The translations under genes and the position numbers were made by a program. A model generated the notes under the pieces. It did not search any database, was not told the origin of the DNA, and was given only the letters and a program-made list of their open reading frames with translations. Shown piece after piece: positions 9,763-20,136 of a stretch of DNA of 58,623 nucleotides. Source of the DNA: Nanobdellota archaeon (GTDB taxonomy: Archaea > Nanobdellota > Nanobdellia > Parvarchaeales > Parvarchaeaceae); contig JAJZIX010000005.1 of NCBI GenBank assembly GCA_021810345.1, forward strand, positions 1 through 58,623, written 5' to 3'. Position 1 is the first letter of the stretch. Each line of letters opens with the position of its first letter.

Positions 9763-11051
9763 TTACTTCCCAGCGAGTTGAGTTTGTTCTGAATCTCAAC
9801 TATCTCGTCCTTTGTTGCGAACGATGGGAGGGCAGCCTTCAGCTTGTTGATTTCATTCTCAAAATCATTTTCTCTTTTTGAGAGATCGGAAATGTTCTTG
9901 TTCAGTGCCGAGAATTTGTTTAGTGAAGAGGTTATCTCGTTGAACATTATCTCCACTTTGGAAGCCTGCACATTCATCTTATTCTGCGTCTCTTCCATGG
10001 CCTTGTATAAGTCCTGCACACTGTCAAAAAGTTTTGCTGCGTTCTTTACGGTTCCAAGCTCGGATATCTTTGAGGATACCGCGCTCATCTGCTTGCTTAG
10101 TGAACTCTGGCTCTCGGTTGTTCTGTCAAGCTCCTTGCTCAGGGCGTCAATTCTATCTTGGGATGCCTTGACTGCAGATTTTATCTCCTCTGGATTGTAA
10201 TTTGACAGCGTGTTGATTGATGTTCTTGCAAGGTTTATGAACTCAAGAATATGGCTCTGGGTGTCGGATACAGCTTTCTGTATGTTCTGGAATTCCTTTG
10301 CCATAGACTCCAGCTTAAGGCTCAGCCCATTTGTCTCTACAACTAGTGAATTTGTAGTGTTCGCGGTTCTCTCAAACTTCTTGTCCAAATCCGCCCGGGC
10401 TTTCTTCAGGTCGATTATCTCATCGTTGATTGAATTGACAGCCGGGAGTCCAGAATAAACCGTTTCCGCGAGCTTGTTCAGTTTTTCAGCAAGTTCATTG
10501 TTTGCGCTGCTAAGGCTGGACACGCTGTCCTTTATGCCGTCTGAAAGAACTTTGTAGTTGTCGGACAGAAGCCTGTTACTTTCCTCGATTCTCTTTATTG
10601 TCTCCGAATCGTTGTGTGACTTTAGGTTTATGCTGTCTGCTATATTGTTGAAATTAGTTATCGAGTTGTTTAGGTTGTCAGAAAGCTTGTTCATCCCCTC
10701 GGTGAGCCCACTTAACGTGCTGCTTAACTCGTTGATCCTTTTGCTCGTTTCTGAGTGTTCTTCGTTTATCTTGTCTATGGCAGAGTTAAAGCTTGATATT
10801 GTAGTATTAAGGTTATCAGTAACTTTATTTAGGCCGTCGTTCAGAAACAGGATTCTCTGCTGGGTCTGGTTTAAGCTCTGGATTAGGTCGTTATCCTTTG
10901 TTTTTTGCACCTGTATCACAGTGTCATTTAGAACGCCGATCCTGTCGTATAAATCAGAGATTATCTTCCCCATCGAGCTATTGAATCTTTCTACCTCTTC
11001 CTTATAAGACTCATATACTTGAGAGAACCCACCACTGATAACATCGCTCAT
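9759..11051 (-). CDS. Long coiled-coil protein
   Basis: Heptad-rich S/N/E/K/L composition across 430 aa; no TM segment or ATPase motif. Confidence 0.65.
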   Translation of the reverse strand: MSDVISGGFSQVYESYKEEVERFNSSMGKIISDLYDRIGVLNDTVIQVQKTKDNDLIQSLNQTQQRILFLNDGLNKVTDNLNTTISSFNSAIDKINEEHSETSKRINELSSTLSGLTEGMNKLSDNLNNSITNFNNIADSINLKSHNDSETIKRIEESNRLLSDNYKVLSDGIKDSVSSLSSANNELAEKLNKLAETVYSGLPAVNSINDEIIDLKKARADLDKKFERTANTTNSLVVETNGLSLKLESMAKEFQNIQKAVSDTQSHILEFINLARTSINTLSNYNPEEIKSAVKASQDRIDALSKELDRTTESQSSLSKQMSAVSSKISELGTVKNAAKLFDSVQDLYKAMEETQNKMNVQASKVEIMFNEITSSLNKFSALNKNISDLSKRENDFENEINKLKAALPSFATKDEIVEIQNKLNSLGSK

Positions 11052-11120
11052 ATAACATTAACTGCGGTTTGTAATATTTAAATCTTTAATAGCAAAAACT
11101 TTGAGCCGAGGCATTGGGCC

Positions 11121-12023
11121 TTAAACTGCCAGCAGCTCTTCCTTCAGCCGGCACGCGTCGCATACCTCATTTGAGCTCGGAGCGCCGCATATCCTGCATT
11201 TTATCAATGGTTTGCTCCCATTTACGCCTGCCTTTTCTCTGATTTCCATTGCCTTTAACACCAGTGACTTCTTTGAGCCTGGCGAGAGCGATTCTAGTTC
11301 CTTTATTTTCTTGGATATAACGCCGCGGAACCCAAAGCCAGCATATGGGCATGGCGTGTGTATCGCGTTTATGCCATTGAGCAATGAGAACAGCATGGTC
11401 TCCTTCTCGCTCAGAAATACAAATGGCTTTATCCTCGGCACGAAACCGTCCTGGTCCATAACCCCCGATCTTGGGCCGGATCTTGCTATTTTATCAAGGT
11501 CATTCTGCAAAAGGTTCATCATCATGCTCTCCGCTTCGTCATCAAGATTATGTGCCGTTGCCACTTTGTCTGCTTTCATCTCGATTGCAGCCGCGTTTAT
11601 GAGGTATCTCCTAAATACGCCGCAGACAGCGCAGGGTATCCCATCTCTGACTTTGACTATATCATCCATCCCTTTTCCGACAAAATCCTTATATGTGAAT
11701 ATTTTATACTCTACCCCAAACTTCTCGGTGTACTCCTTCATAATCTCGATTGTTTTGTCCCTGTACCCATTTATGCCCTCATCTATCGTTATTGACATTA
11801 TATTGTTTGATTTTGAGTAATACTTTGACAACATATATAGTAGGGAAAGAGAGTCCTTTCCACCAGAGTTCGCGACAGCTATCGTTTCTTTCGGTTCTAT
11901 GAGCTTATACTTCTTTATTGTGTCCAAAGCAATCGATTCAAACGATTTTTTGAAGTGCTCGGCGCAAAATGTGCCATTATAAGATGATATCACAGCTTTG
12001 TCCCTACACACTTGGCATTTCAT
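11121..12023 (-). CDS. ttuA: tRNA 2-thiolation protein (TtuA/NcsA/Ncs6 family)
   Basis: SGGKDS PP-loop, CAVC, ATAHNLDD, CPY, terminal Zn fingers. Confidence 0.9.
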   Translation of the reverse strand: MKCQVCRDKAVISSYNGTFCAEHFKKSFESIALDTIKKYKLIEPKETIAVANSGGKDSLSLLYMLSKYYSKSNNIMSITIDEGINGYRDKTIEIMKEYTEKFGVEYKIFTYKDFVGKGMDDIVKVRDGIPCAVCGVFRRYLINAAAIEMKADKVATAHNLDDEAESMMMNLLQNDLDKIARSGPRSGVMDQDGFVPRIKPFVFLSEKETMLFSLLNGINAIHTPCPYAGFGFRGVISKKIKELESLSPGSKKSLVLKAMEIREKAGVNGSKPLIKCRICGAPSSNEVCDACRLKEELLAV

Positions 12024-12025
12024 AC

Positions 12026-12232
12026 TTACCCCCCGGAGAACACTTCGATCACTTTGATGTTTGCTTTATTCCCAATTTTTGAGTCCTTAGTATAGATAGT
12101 CCCATCCCTGTCTATCAGCAGCACAGAGTCGTCATTTGTGCCGAGCTTTGATATCAGCTCCGACGTTGTGCCGGTCTGCAGTGAAATCTCCTTGGTTTCT
12201 GAGCCATCCTTTTCAACAAATACCTTTATCAT
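12026..12232 (-). CDS. Ubiquitin-like sulfur carrier (SAMP/ThiS/MoaD)
   Basis: 68 aa ending VFSGG, directly upstream of ttuA. Confidence 0.85.
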   Translation of the reverse strand: MIKVFVEKDGSETKEISLQTGTTSELISKLGTNDDSVLLIDRDGTIYTKDSKIGNKANIKVIEVFSGG

Positions 12233-12239
12233 ATTAGAA

Positions 12240-12983
12240 TTACTTGCCGTATTTTCTTATGAATAGCAGGAAGCCAGTGTGCAAGATCCCACTGCTCTCC
12301 GGCCTAAGTACATCCCTTCCGACATCCATTTTCCAGTTTATCTCGCGGTTCTCTATTAACCTTTCTGGCTTTAGCCCATCAGGAAGCTTTCTGATGGTTT
12401 TCTCTACCTGGATTATTGATGGCAAGTAGGTGCAGATTCTGCCACCTATCTTTATGTTCTTGCTGATAACAGGCAGGACTTCCCATGGATCCGGCAGATC
12501 AAGAAGCGCGCTGTTAAAATCCTTGCTTTTTACTCCCTTTTTTATATCGGAGTTGATGATCTTTATGTTTTTGAGTCCGAAAAGGGCCACGTTTTTGTTT
12601 GCTATCTTCGCGAAGTCTTTTCTTATCTCATAGGAAGTGACGGATCCATTGACTGTGATCTGTCCGATGACGCATGTTGACAATCCGGAGCCGGTGCCGG
12701 CTTCGAGTACTTTGCTGTCTGGCTTGATGCCGAGGTACATTATTATACTGCCTAGGTCCTTGAGCGTTATTATCTGTGGGAGCCTTATTATCCGCCTGGC
12801 CAAATCAGGTGTTGACATGTCCACAAGAAAGAACCTCCTGCCAGTGTGGGTCTTGACCAGTCCGCCGGGCTTTGTCTTTAGGAGCTTGGAGGATTTTATT
12901 ATCCCGAACTCTGTGTTTACGTCCTTGGAGGGGTCTATGTACAAGGAGGCCCCCTCACCTATCAAAAGCACTTTTTTTTGCAT
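12240..12983 (-). CDS. trmI: tRNA (adenine-57/58-N1)-methyltransferase
   Basis: PQIITLKD, VLEAGTGSG, LDLPDPW, HTGFL. Confidence 0.92.
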   Translation of the reverse strand: MQKKVLLIGEGASLYIDPSKDVNTEFGIIKSSKLLKTKPGGLVKTHTGRRFFLVDMSTPDLARRIIRLPQIITLKDLGSIIMYLGIKPDSKVLEAGTGSGLSTCVIGQITVNGSVTSYEIRKDFAKIANKNVALFGLKNIKIINSDIKKGVKSKDFNSALLDLPDPWEVLPVISKNIKIGGRICTYLPSIIQVEKTIRKLPDGLKPERLIENREINWKMDVGRDVLRPESSGILHTGFLLFIRKYGK

Positions 12984-12984
12984 A

Positions 12985-13773
12985 TCACCCTATCTTGATT
13001 ATGTTTATTGAGTTGCCGTATGGCTTTTTCCCGCTTACTTTATCTGTTTTTGTGAGTATAAATGCAACTGTTTTATATGCAGAGGAGTATCCTGCTACTT
13101 TTGCAATGTCCTTCTTTTTGAGCGGGGATTTTTCTATTATACTTGCTATCACCTTTAGAGCATGCGGCCCGTAGCTGCACAAATAGACTCCCTTGTCGAC
13201 CTTCTCGGGATCTGTGAATCCGTTCTGCTCCAGCAAGGCGATTTCCCCGCCTGCACTGGCTTTTGGTAGGGGTTCTACGGTTTTCTGGCGGAGTTTGGCA
13301 ACGGTTTTCTGTTCCTTCGCCGGCGGATTTATTATGTTTCTTATGTCATCTAATGACAGCTTGTAGTAGTAGATATAGTCTACTTTACGTCCAGTATCTC
13401 TGTCGGCTGCTGTTATCTTTTTTATGAAGTCGCCAAGTCCCTGGATCAAGTATCTCTCCATTGGTGAAAGCTCATCCAACTTCGCTACGCCTGCGCTTTT
13501 TATCTTTGAGATTATCGACCTCTCATTCGGGTTTAAGCTGTCAAGGAGCCTGCTCAATGCTGCATCTCTATCCTTTTCTAGGAAGTAGACCGGTGAGGTG
13601 CCGAATTTCCTCTCGGTTTTAGAGATCTCTCCCCTAGCTACAAAATAATCAAGTATCGCAGCCGTCTGCATCGTGTCCTTCTCTATATTTTCCGAGATGT
13701 CCACAATGAAGTTGGGGCCGCGGCTTAAGAAGCCTGTGATCCTGCTCTTCAGTTCATTTATGTCAGCGTCCAT
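12985..13773 (-). CDS. Hypothetical protein, possibly with winged-helix N-terminus
   Basis: Co-oriented with trmI; KFGTSPVYF motif; start uncertain (ORF extends to 13833). Confidence 0.6.
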   Translation of the reverse strand: MDADINELKSRITGFLSRGPNFIVDISENIEKDTMQTAAILDYFVARGEISKTERKFGTSPVYFLEKDRDAALSRLLDSLNPNERSIISKIKSAGVAKLDELSPMERYLIQGLGDFIKKITAADRDTGRKVDYIYYYKLSLDDIRNIINPPAKEQKTVAKLRQKTVEPLPKASAGGEIALLEQNGFTDPEKVDKGVYLCSYGPHALKVIASIIEKSPLKKKDIAKVAGYSSAYKTVAFILTKTDKVSGKKPYGNSINIIKIG

Positions 13774-13893
13774 TAAATCTAATCCCTTTCTTGTTATTAA
13801 TTGTTTTGTATCATAGATAAACATTAAATACAATGAAATATGTTATAAGCTTATACCGGCTGCGCGTGGTAATAATGCGTCTTTAGGCAATAT

Positions 13894-14427
13894 ATGAAGC
13901 TAAACAGAAGAGGACAGATATTCACGATAGATCTTCTCATAGCCTTATTTATATTCACCCTCATATTCACCTCTGTTGTAATTTTCCTCTACTCTGTAGG
14001 GGACACCTCAAACCCCTTGTCTTCATACTACTCTGAGGTTAGCTCGACATACCTCAGCAATATAGCTACCCAGGCAGCCAATACACTTACTGGGTCTCCT
14101 GGTTATCCGTCAAGCTGGCCTTCTTTATCATGTCCACAGATAAGCACACTCGGGGTGATGTACAACAGCAACGAGGTATCGGGCCAGAAACTTTACAATC
14201 TGACTACACTGCCAGTAGGGTGCGTATCACAGCTTTTAAGAGCCGGCAATTCGTTCAATATAACTGCCTACTACCTTAACGGCAGCATCTTGAGAATAAA
14301 CGGGCGTCTGATAACCGCCGGGTTTGCAACGCCACATAACGCAAATTATATCGATGTGGTCCAGAGATATGAGGTTTTGTATCCTGGTACAGTGATAATC
14401 AGGATAAGCCTGAAGGAGTGGATATGA
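13894..14427 (+). CDS. Class III signal peptide (pilin-like) protein
   Basis: RRG/QIFTIDLLIALFIF followed by a hydrophobic helix; S/T/N-rich. Confidence 0.75.
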   Translation: MKLNRRGQIFTIDLLIALFIFTLIFTSVVIFLYSVGDTSNPLSSYYSEVSSTYLSNIATQAANTLTGSPGYPSSWPSLSCPQISTLGVMYNSNEVSGQKLYNLTTLPVGCVSQLLRAGNSFNITAYYLNGSILRINGRLITAGFATPHNANYIDVVQRYEVLYPGTVIIRISLKEWI

Positions 14428-15134
14428 GAAGAGGGCAGGTGTTTACGCTGGATCTGCTTTTGGGGACCATAATAATCATATCGGTCCTCACAAGTGCTTA
14501 TCTTATAACCTCCTCATATCTTAGTACCAATGAGAGTTTTAACTTCAATACCAACGTCATAGGCTCTTCAGCCTCGGCAGCCTCGGCCTTTGCGTTTGTT
14601 AACTCAACGTCCAGTGCCCTGCTGTCGCTTGAAAACGGGGGGCCAACGTTCAGCTTCGAGAATTATTCCGTCAGTGTCATAAAATCTGAGATAACACTGC
14701 CATTCTTCATAAAAGTACTGGAAAAAACCAATTACCCTTCGACATCGCCACCAAATAGTTTGCTTGTATCTTACTATTCCGCGTCCTTTTCTAACAGCTC
14801 TTCAGCCACGGTTTTCTACGAGCCTTTAATAGTATCTAATATGAGCAGCTTGTGTGGTTCTTCATGCAATTATTCTCTGTACATTGGAAGCGTGTTTATG
14901 GGGCAGAACACGACTCTGAATGCTCCAGAATGCACGGTCTCAACAAACACCGGCGCCTCAACAGGGTGGAAAATATTCAATAACACCGCAGCCGGCTGCG
15001 TGGTATCTGTGTCACCTTCTGCGAATCCCAATAATTACCTTGTAAAGGCTTATTCCAGTAGTGGAAGCAGCGAGGGTGAAACTACACTACATGTCTTTTC
15101 ATTGAATCTGATAGAAATAGGCGTACAAGGTTAA
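14424..15134 (+). CDS. Class III signal peptide (pilin-like) protein
   Basis: RRG/QVFTLDLLLGTII; S/T/N-rich with Cys pairs. Confidence 0.75.
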   Translation: MRRGQVFTLDLLLGTIIIISVLTSAYLITSSYLSTNESFNFNTNVIGSSASAASAFAFVNSTSSALLSLENGGPTFSFENYSVSVIKSEITLPFFIKVLEKTNYPSTSPPNSLLVSYYSASFSNSSSATVFYEPLIVSNMSSLCGSSCNYSLYIGSVFMGQNTTLNAPECTVSTNTGASTGWKIFNNTAAGCVVSVSPSANPNNYLVKAYSSSGSSEGETTLHVFSLNLIEIGVQG

Positions 15135-15184
15135 ATAGCCCATAAACAAGGTATCCTACCCCTACTACCCAGTTTACGCGTCTT

Positions 15185-15424
15185 TTAATCAAACAGCGCT
15201 ATGCTGCTTTTTTCCTCGTTTCTCAGTTTTTCCTCGAGGTTATATAGGCTTTCGACTACATCCCCCTTAGATATGCCGTTCTTTATGGCCAGGTCGTTTA
15301 TTTTCACAATCAACTCCCCTACAAGTTTTGCCTTGTCGAAGTCGATGTTGTTTTGGTACTGGTTGTAGAGAGTCATGTTCTCCAAGACCCTCTCATAGAG
15401 TTTTTCAAACTCCTCGTTCTCCAT
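15185..15424 (-). CDS. Hypothetical acidic helical protein
   Basis: 79-aa ORF downstream of ABCE1, SD-like GGAGG upstream. Confidence 0.6.
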   Translation of the reverse strand: MENEEFEKLYERVLENMTLYNQYQNNIDFDKAKLVGELIVKINDLAIKNGISKGDVVESLYNLEEKLRNEEKSSIALFD

Positions 15425-15515
15425 TCATTCCTCCACATCTTTATTTGGTCGTTCTAGATAAAAAGCATCTCTTTTGTATTACTCGGATATTATGACCTAC
15501 ATTTCCAGTGGAGAA

Positions 15516-17237
15516 TCAGTCCGCGAAAAACATGCCCTTCTCCTTCTGTTCTAGGTCAAGCCGGCTCCCCGGCTGGTTTATCCTGGGCCTTTTGCTGTCG
15601 CGGTCCCTGCGCATAGTTACATCGACAGATTTCAGAAAATTGTTTATTGCCCTGTTGGTGGGTATAATCTCGTCTGTCATTCCTAACTTGCCGCTTTGGC
15701 CGGAGAAAAGTATGCTTTTCTGGCATATTGAATCTATAAACATAAGATCGTGCTCTACTATTATTGCGCATTTTCTCCTAGTGCTCATTGAATTTGAGAT
15801 TATAGAAATTACCCCGAGCCTGTCCTCTATATCAAGGTTTGCAGATGGCTCATCAAACAGGTATACATCAGCTTCTCGCGCCAAGGCGGTCGCTATTGCG
15901 AGCTTCTGTAACTCTCCCCCGGAGAGAGTCTTCACATTCTTGTTCAGCAGCTTGTTCAGCCCCAATTTGCTCACTATCTCGAGTATTTCCTGCTTTTTGA
16001 CGTAATTTGGGTCAACCGCCAGCAGAGCATCTCCTACGAGGATGTCCTTAGTTTCTATCATCTGTGGTTTGTAGGCTATTTTTATACCAAGATCCAGCTT
16101 GCTCCCATCTGTCGTTTCCAGCTCGCCTGCCAATGCACGCATAAATGTGGTTTTTCCTATCCCATTCTCACCCAAAACACCTATCACGTCACCACCGTAC
16201 AGTTTCCCACCGCGGCTTTTCAGCGTGAATTCACCAATCTTAACGGAAAACTCGGGCCAGACAACAACAGTTTTTTCGTTTGACGAGGAGACCGTCTTCT
16301 TTATCTTTATCTCGTAGTCCCTGAATCTCACATTTTCCGTGGGTAGGTATCCAGATATGTACGTGTTTATACCGTTTCTGGATGGCATAAGATGCGACAC
16401 TATTCCATAATTCGCGTCTGATCCGTAAAGTATCTGTATAAAGTCGGCGAGGTAATCCATCATTATAAGATCATGCTCCACCACAACAACTGTTTTGTCT
16501 CCAAGTGCTTCCTTTATTTTACGCGCAACCAAAAGCCTGTTCTTTATATCGAGGTAATTCATGGGCTCGTCAAAGATGTAAATCTCTGCGTCTTCATCGA
16601 GGACTCTAGCTATCTCCACCATCTGCGACTCTCCCCCCGACAATGTTTCCGCAGACCGCTCCATAATTGTCTGGCTTATTAGCCCATATCTATTTAATTT
16701 TATTATATCCCCAACTTTGCCGGATAGCTTAAAATCCTGCTTTTTTACAGAGATTCTTGTTTTCCCAGTGTAAAGATTTGTCAGATAAGGCTGTATTTCG
16801 CTTCCTCTGAATCTTTTTATTACTTCCTGCTCTGAGGGTGGTTGATCGAAGTTGCCAAAATTTGGCTTTATAACGCCGGATATCAACCTTATGTTAGTCG
16901 TTTTTCCTATCCCGTTTCTTCCGATGAGCCCAAGGACCTTTTTCTCCACTGGTGTTGCAATATTGAAAGTCCTGAAACTATTCAGTGCATATTGGAATGT
17001 AAGCTCTTTTGCCATTTCATCTGGCAGATTTATTATCCTTATTGCATCGAACGGGCATCTTTTAACACATATACCACAAGAAATGCACAGGCTTTCTGTT
17101 ATCGCAGCTTTGCCGTTTGGCTTTGCATAAACGGTTTCTTTAAACCCCTCTCTTACTCGGGGGCAGACCTCAGCACAGATGTAATTGCAGTTATCCGGTG
17201 CTTCGCACTCAGCTTCCTTTATTACAGCAATTCTCAT
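15516..17237 (-). CDS. Ribosome recycling ATPase ABCE1/RLI
   Basis: N-terminal Fe-S Cys motifs, two ABC domains (GRNGIGKT, LSGGE, VEHDL). Confidence 0.95.
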   Translation of the reverse strand: MRIAVIKEAECEAPDNCNYICAEVCPRVREGFKETVYAKPNGKAAITESLCISCGICVKRCPFDAIRIINLPDEMAKELTFQYALNSFRTFNIATPVEKKVLGLIGRNGIGKTTNIRLISGVIKPNFGNFDQPPSEQEVIKRFRGSEIQPYLTNLYTGKTRISVKKQDFKLSGKVGDIIKLNRYGLISQTIMERSAETLSGGESQMVEIARVLDEDAEIYIFDEPMNYLDIKNRLLVARKIKEALGDKTVVVVEHDLIMMDYLADFIQILYGSDANYGIVSHLMPSRNGINTYISGYLPTENVRFRDYEIKIKKTVSSSNEKTVVVWPEFSVKIGEFTLKSRGGKLYGGDVIGVLGENGIGKTTFMRALAGELETTDGSKLDLGIKIAYKPQMIETKDILVGDALLAVDPNYVKKQEILEIVSKLGLNKLLNKNVKTLSGGELQKLAIATALAREADVYLFDEPSANLDIEDRLGVISIISNSMSTRRKCAIIVEHDLMFIDSICQKSILFSGQSGKLGMTDEIIPTNRAINNFLKSVDVTMRRDRDSKRPRINQPGSRLDLEQKEKGMFFAD

Positions 17238-17878
17238 TTTCTTGATATCATATCTTTATCAATAAATAGGTTGTTCTTTCTTTTTAAACTATCTATACCT
17301 TCTCTTTCCATTAATGCCCTTTCAAACATTTCTTTATATGATAAGTTTATCTTATCAAATGCATCTTTTATCATCTTTTCTGTTGGCCCGTACATGTAAA
17401 AAAGGAACAGTTTACGTTCCCATTTATCTGCATAATCACGTTTTAGGAGGTACTCAACTTCATCTTTTGGTTCTTTCAGTGTTTGCTTAACTCTATAAAT
17501 CTCATCAGATAAAGTGTTTGATAAGACCGCTATCTCAATTATATAATCTTCAATGCTCCCCCCGTTTATTTCATAAAGACTTGCTACTGCTTCCTTGGCC
17601 TCACGTGCATGACGATCGTAAAATCCATCAAAACGGCTATGCCCAATTTCATGATGAACAGTCATCTTGAGTGCCGATAGGTACTTTTTATCATATTTTA
17701 TAAGATTTTCAACCTCAGAAAAAAAGTTTTTATCTATTCCTATTAAATTTTCATCATCTTCTTTTCTGTAATACGGGGTGGAGGAATCCAGTACAAATTT
17801 ATACCCTTCCGTCTTTCCACAGAAACTTTCTATGATCTCTTCTAATCTATGTGTGCTTTCTGTTTCCTTTTTTTTCAT
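17234..17878 (-). CDS. Hypothetical protein with HExxH (zincin-like) motif
   Basis: TVHHEIGH; AT-rich coding sequence. Confidence 0.55.
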   Translation of the reverse strand: MKKKETESTHRLEEIIESFCGKTEGYKFVLDSSTPYYRKEDDENLIGIDKNFFSEVENLIKYDKKYLSALKMTVHHEIGHSRFDGFYDRHAREAKEAVASLYEINGGSIEDYIIEIAVLSNTLSDEIYRVKQTLKEPKDEVEYLLKRDYADKWERKLFLFYMYGPTEKMIKDAFDKINLSYKEMFERALMEREGIDSLKRKNNLFIDKDMISRK

Positions 17879-17948
17879 TTTCTACCTTATTTTCCACTTC
17901 TTATTATAAATGAAAGTATTATAAATATCTTTGATGCCTTTAAATTAG

Positions 17949-18422
17949 ATGGAAAGTGATGATCCTGAATGTTCTATCGAAGAACATGAGAAGATACTAA
18001 AAATGCCGAAGGACAAGCACACAGACTTGGAAATAAAGGACATTCTTTTGAAATACAAAAGGGTAGCCGTAGTAGGCATGTCAAGGGAGGAAGGAAAAGA
18101 CAGTCATGAGATACCAAAATACTTGATAAGTAAGGGGTACGATGTAATTCCTGTAAACCCAAATGCAGATTCTATACTGAATAAAAAATCTTATCCCTCA
18201 ATTTCCGACGTCCCAGGGACTGTGGAGATAGTTGATATTTTTAGGCCATCTGAAGAGGTTTTACCAGTAGTCCAGGCAGCAATAACCAAAAATCCAAAGG
18301 TTATATGGATGCAAGAAGGGATTTCAAACGATGAAGCTAAAAAGCTCGCAGAAGCCAGCGGAATAACAGTGATTTTCAACAGATGTACGATGAAGGAGCA
18401 TGTGCGCCTTTTTGGAAGCTGA
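17949..18422 (+). CDS. CoA-binding protein (YccU family)
   Basis: VAVVGMS, IPVNP, VDIFRPSE, IWMQEG, NRC. Confidence 0.9.
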   Translation: MESDDPECSIEEHEKILKMPKDKHTDLEIKDILLKYKRVAVVGMSREEGKDSHEIPKYLISKGYDVIPVNPNADSILNKKSYPSISDVPGTVEIVDIFRPSEEVLPVVQAAITKNPKVIWMQEGISNDEAKKLAEASGITVIFNRCTMKEHVRLFGS

Positions 18423-18458
18423 GAAAAGGATTTATTGGAGCGTTTTCATTCAATTAAT

Positions 18459-20135
18459 ATGGCAGAGTACATGCTTAACAGCAGGTTTAATGACCCCTTC
18501 AACAAGGTAAAGCTCGGCGTTTCGATCAGCGAAAGAAACCAGCTGGAGGAGTTTTCAAAGGTCCTCCGAAGCGGTGCAAACATGGTCGAAGTTGATATCG
18601 CTAGCATCTACGGCCTGAGAGGAGAGCAGGGCGGGTCCGCAGAAAACATTGGCAAGGAAGAGAGGCAAATAATCGGAAATCTGGCCAAAGTAAATGATGT
18701 CGACCTAAGCGTTCATGCTCCTTGGGCGATAAATCTATCCGGGATAGATCCAGAGTCACGTACAAAAAACCCCGAGTACTCTAGATTAGTTGACAATGAG
18801 ATAAAGGGGGCGGTAAAGTTTGCAGATGACATAAGCCAATCAACTGGTAGAAAGAACATGCCTATCATCTTCCATACCTCCGCGGATAATTTTGGGGACC
18901 CGGATAAGTCTATTAGAGTTACAGCATATGACAATGATGAGGACAAAGTGCTTGTGATCCCTGGCACGGAACTTCACCACATGGATGAGGAAACCTTCAA
19001 AAAAATATACGGTGAAGATACTTTCAGTAAACTTAAGGCAATGGGTCTGAAGCAGAAGAACAAGGACGGCGACAATACTCTAGTCCTTCCTCCACAGGCA
19101 AATTTTGAGTTTCAGAAGACCCTGATACGAACCACTTATAATCAGGAGAGAAGCAGCATAGATTTTAGCCGCGAGAACACGAAAATGATGCTGGATAGGA
19201 TACCTTCATTGGAGACGGCAGCCCTCGCGAAAGGCGATATTGATGAGCTGGCCAACCTGAAAAGAAGGAAAAAAGAGTATGAAGAGATGCTTAAGGACTT
19301 GGATGCAAGGGAAGCGAAGCTTGAGATAGACGTGGCAAACGTGGATAAGAAATATTCCTTATTCGATGATAAGGCCCCTTCCTTTGCAGCAGAAGGCATA
19401 AAGAAAGCTGCGTGGGAATCGTTCAATACCCAGACAAAGCCGATGATTTTAGTAGAAAATCCCATGTCACCTGACATGTCCCTGAGCAGGCCAAAGGATA
19501 CTGCAGAAGCCGTGAAGATTGCACGTGAGAAATTTGCAGACGAGCTTGTAGAGAAGCGAAAGCTATCCAGAAGCGAGGCGAAAAGAGTGAGCGAGCAGCT
19601 CATAGGCGTGAACCTTGATGTTGGACATGTAAATGTTTTCAAGTCTTACACTAATCCTGCGACTGGTAAGAATTACTCGGACGAGGATATAGTCAAACTG
19701 GCCATGGAGGCAAAGAACTATATAAAGAGGTATCATCTTAATGATAACATGGGCAATGTAGATGCGCACTTGCCGCTCGGACAGGGAAACGCACCGGTTA
19801 AAAAAATGTATGATGAGCTCTTGAAAGCAGGAGTTGACGTTCCGGCGATAATGGAAGTGTTCGGCGGCCTTGGTGGCCTTGAAACAGGAGCTTTGCAGTC
19901 GCTTCAGTATATGGGTGCACCTGCGTATGGGGATGTCCCTTACACTTCTATGCCATCATATCTGGGCCAGCCATATTCTTCCTTAATTGGCGACTATTCT
20001 TCATACTCCAATCTTGGATTAAAGCAGGATTTCTTCCCATACTCGGGGTTCTCCGGCATACTCCCGGTATTGGGCGGAGGTTATATGACAAATAATAATG
20101 CAAGCAACACCTTCTCGGGTGCTTCCACATATTGA
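18459..20135 (+). CDS. Xylose isomerase / AP endonuclease 2-like TIM barrel protein with large insertion
   Basis: SVHAP, IFH, VEN, NLDVGH, YHLNDN...DAHLPLGQG, IME metal-binding motifs. Confidence 0.75.
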   Translation: MAEYMLNSRFNDPFNKVKLGVSISERNQLEEFSKVLRSGANMVEVDIASIYGLRGEQGGSAENIGKEERQIIGNLAKVNDVDLSVHAPWAINLSGIDPESRTKNPEYSRLVDNEIKGAVKFADDISQSTGRKNMPIIFHTSADNFGDPDKSIRVTAYDNDEDKVLVIPGTELHHMDEETFKKIYGEDTFSKLKAMGLKQKNKDGDNTLVLPPQANFEFQKTLIRTTYNQERSSIDFSRENTKMMLDRIPSLETAALAKGDIDELANLKRRKKEYEEMLKDLDAREAKLEIDVANVDKKYSLFDDKAPSFAAEGIKKAAWESFNTQTKPMILVENPMSPDMSLSRPKDTAEAVKIAREKFADELVEKRKLSRSEAKRVSEQLIGVNLDVGHVNVFKSYTNPATGKNYSDEDIVKLAMEAKNYIKRYHLNDNMGNVDAHLPLGQGNAPVKKMYDELLKAGVDVPAIMEVFGGLGGLETGALQSLQYMGAPAYGDVPYTSMPSYLGQPYSSLIGDYSSYSNLGLKQDFFPYSGFSGILPVLGGGYMTNNNASNTFSGASTY

Positions 20136-20136
20136 T

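Noticed and set aside
9759-11051. Methyl-accepting chemotaxis protein or SMC
   Set aside because: No MCP hairpin signature, TM segments or Walker motifs; only generic coiled coil.
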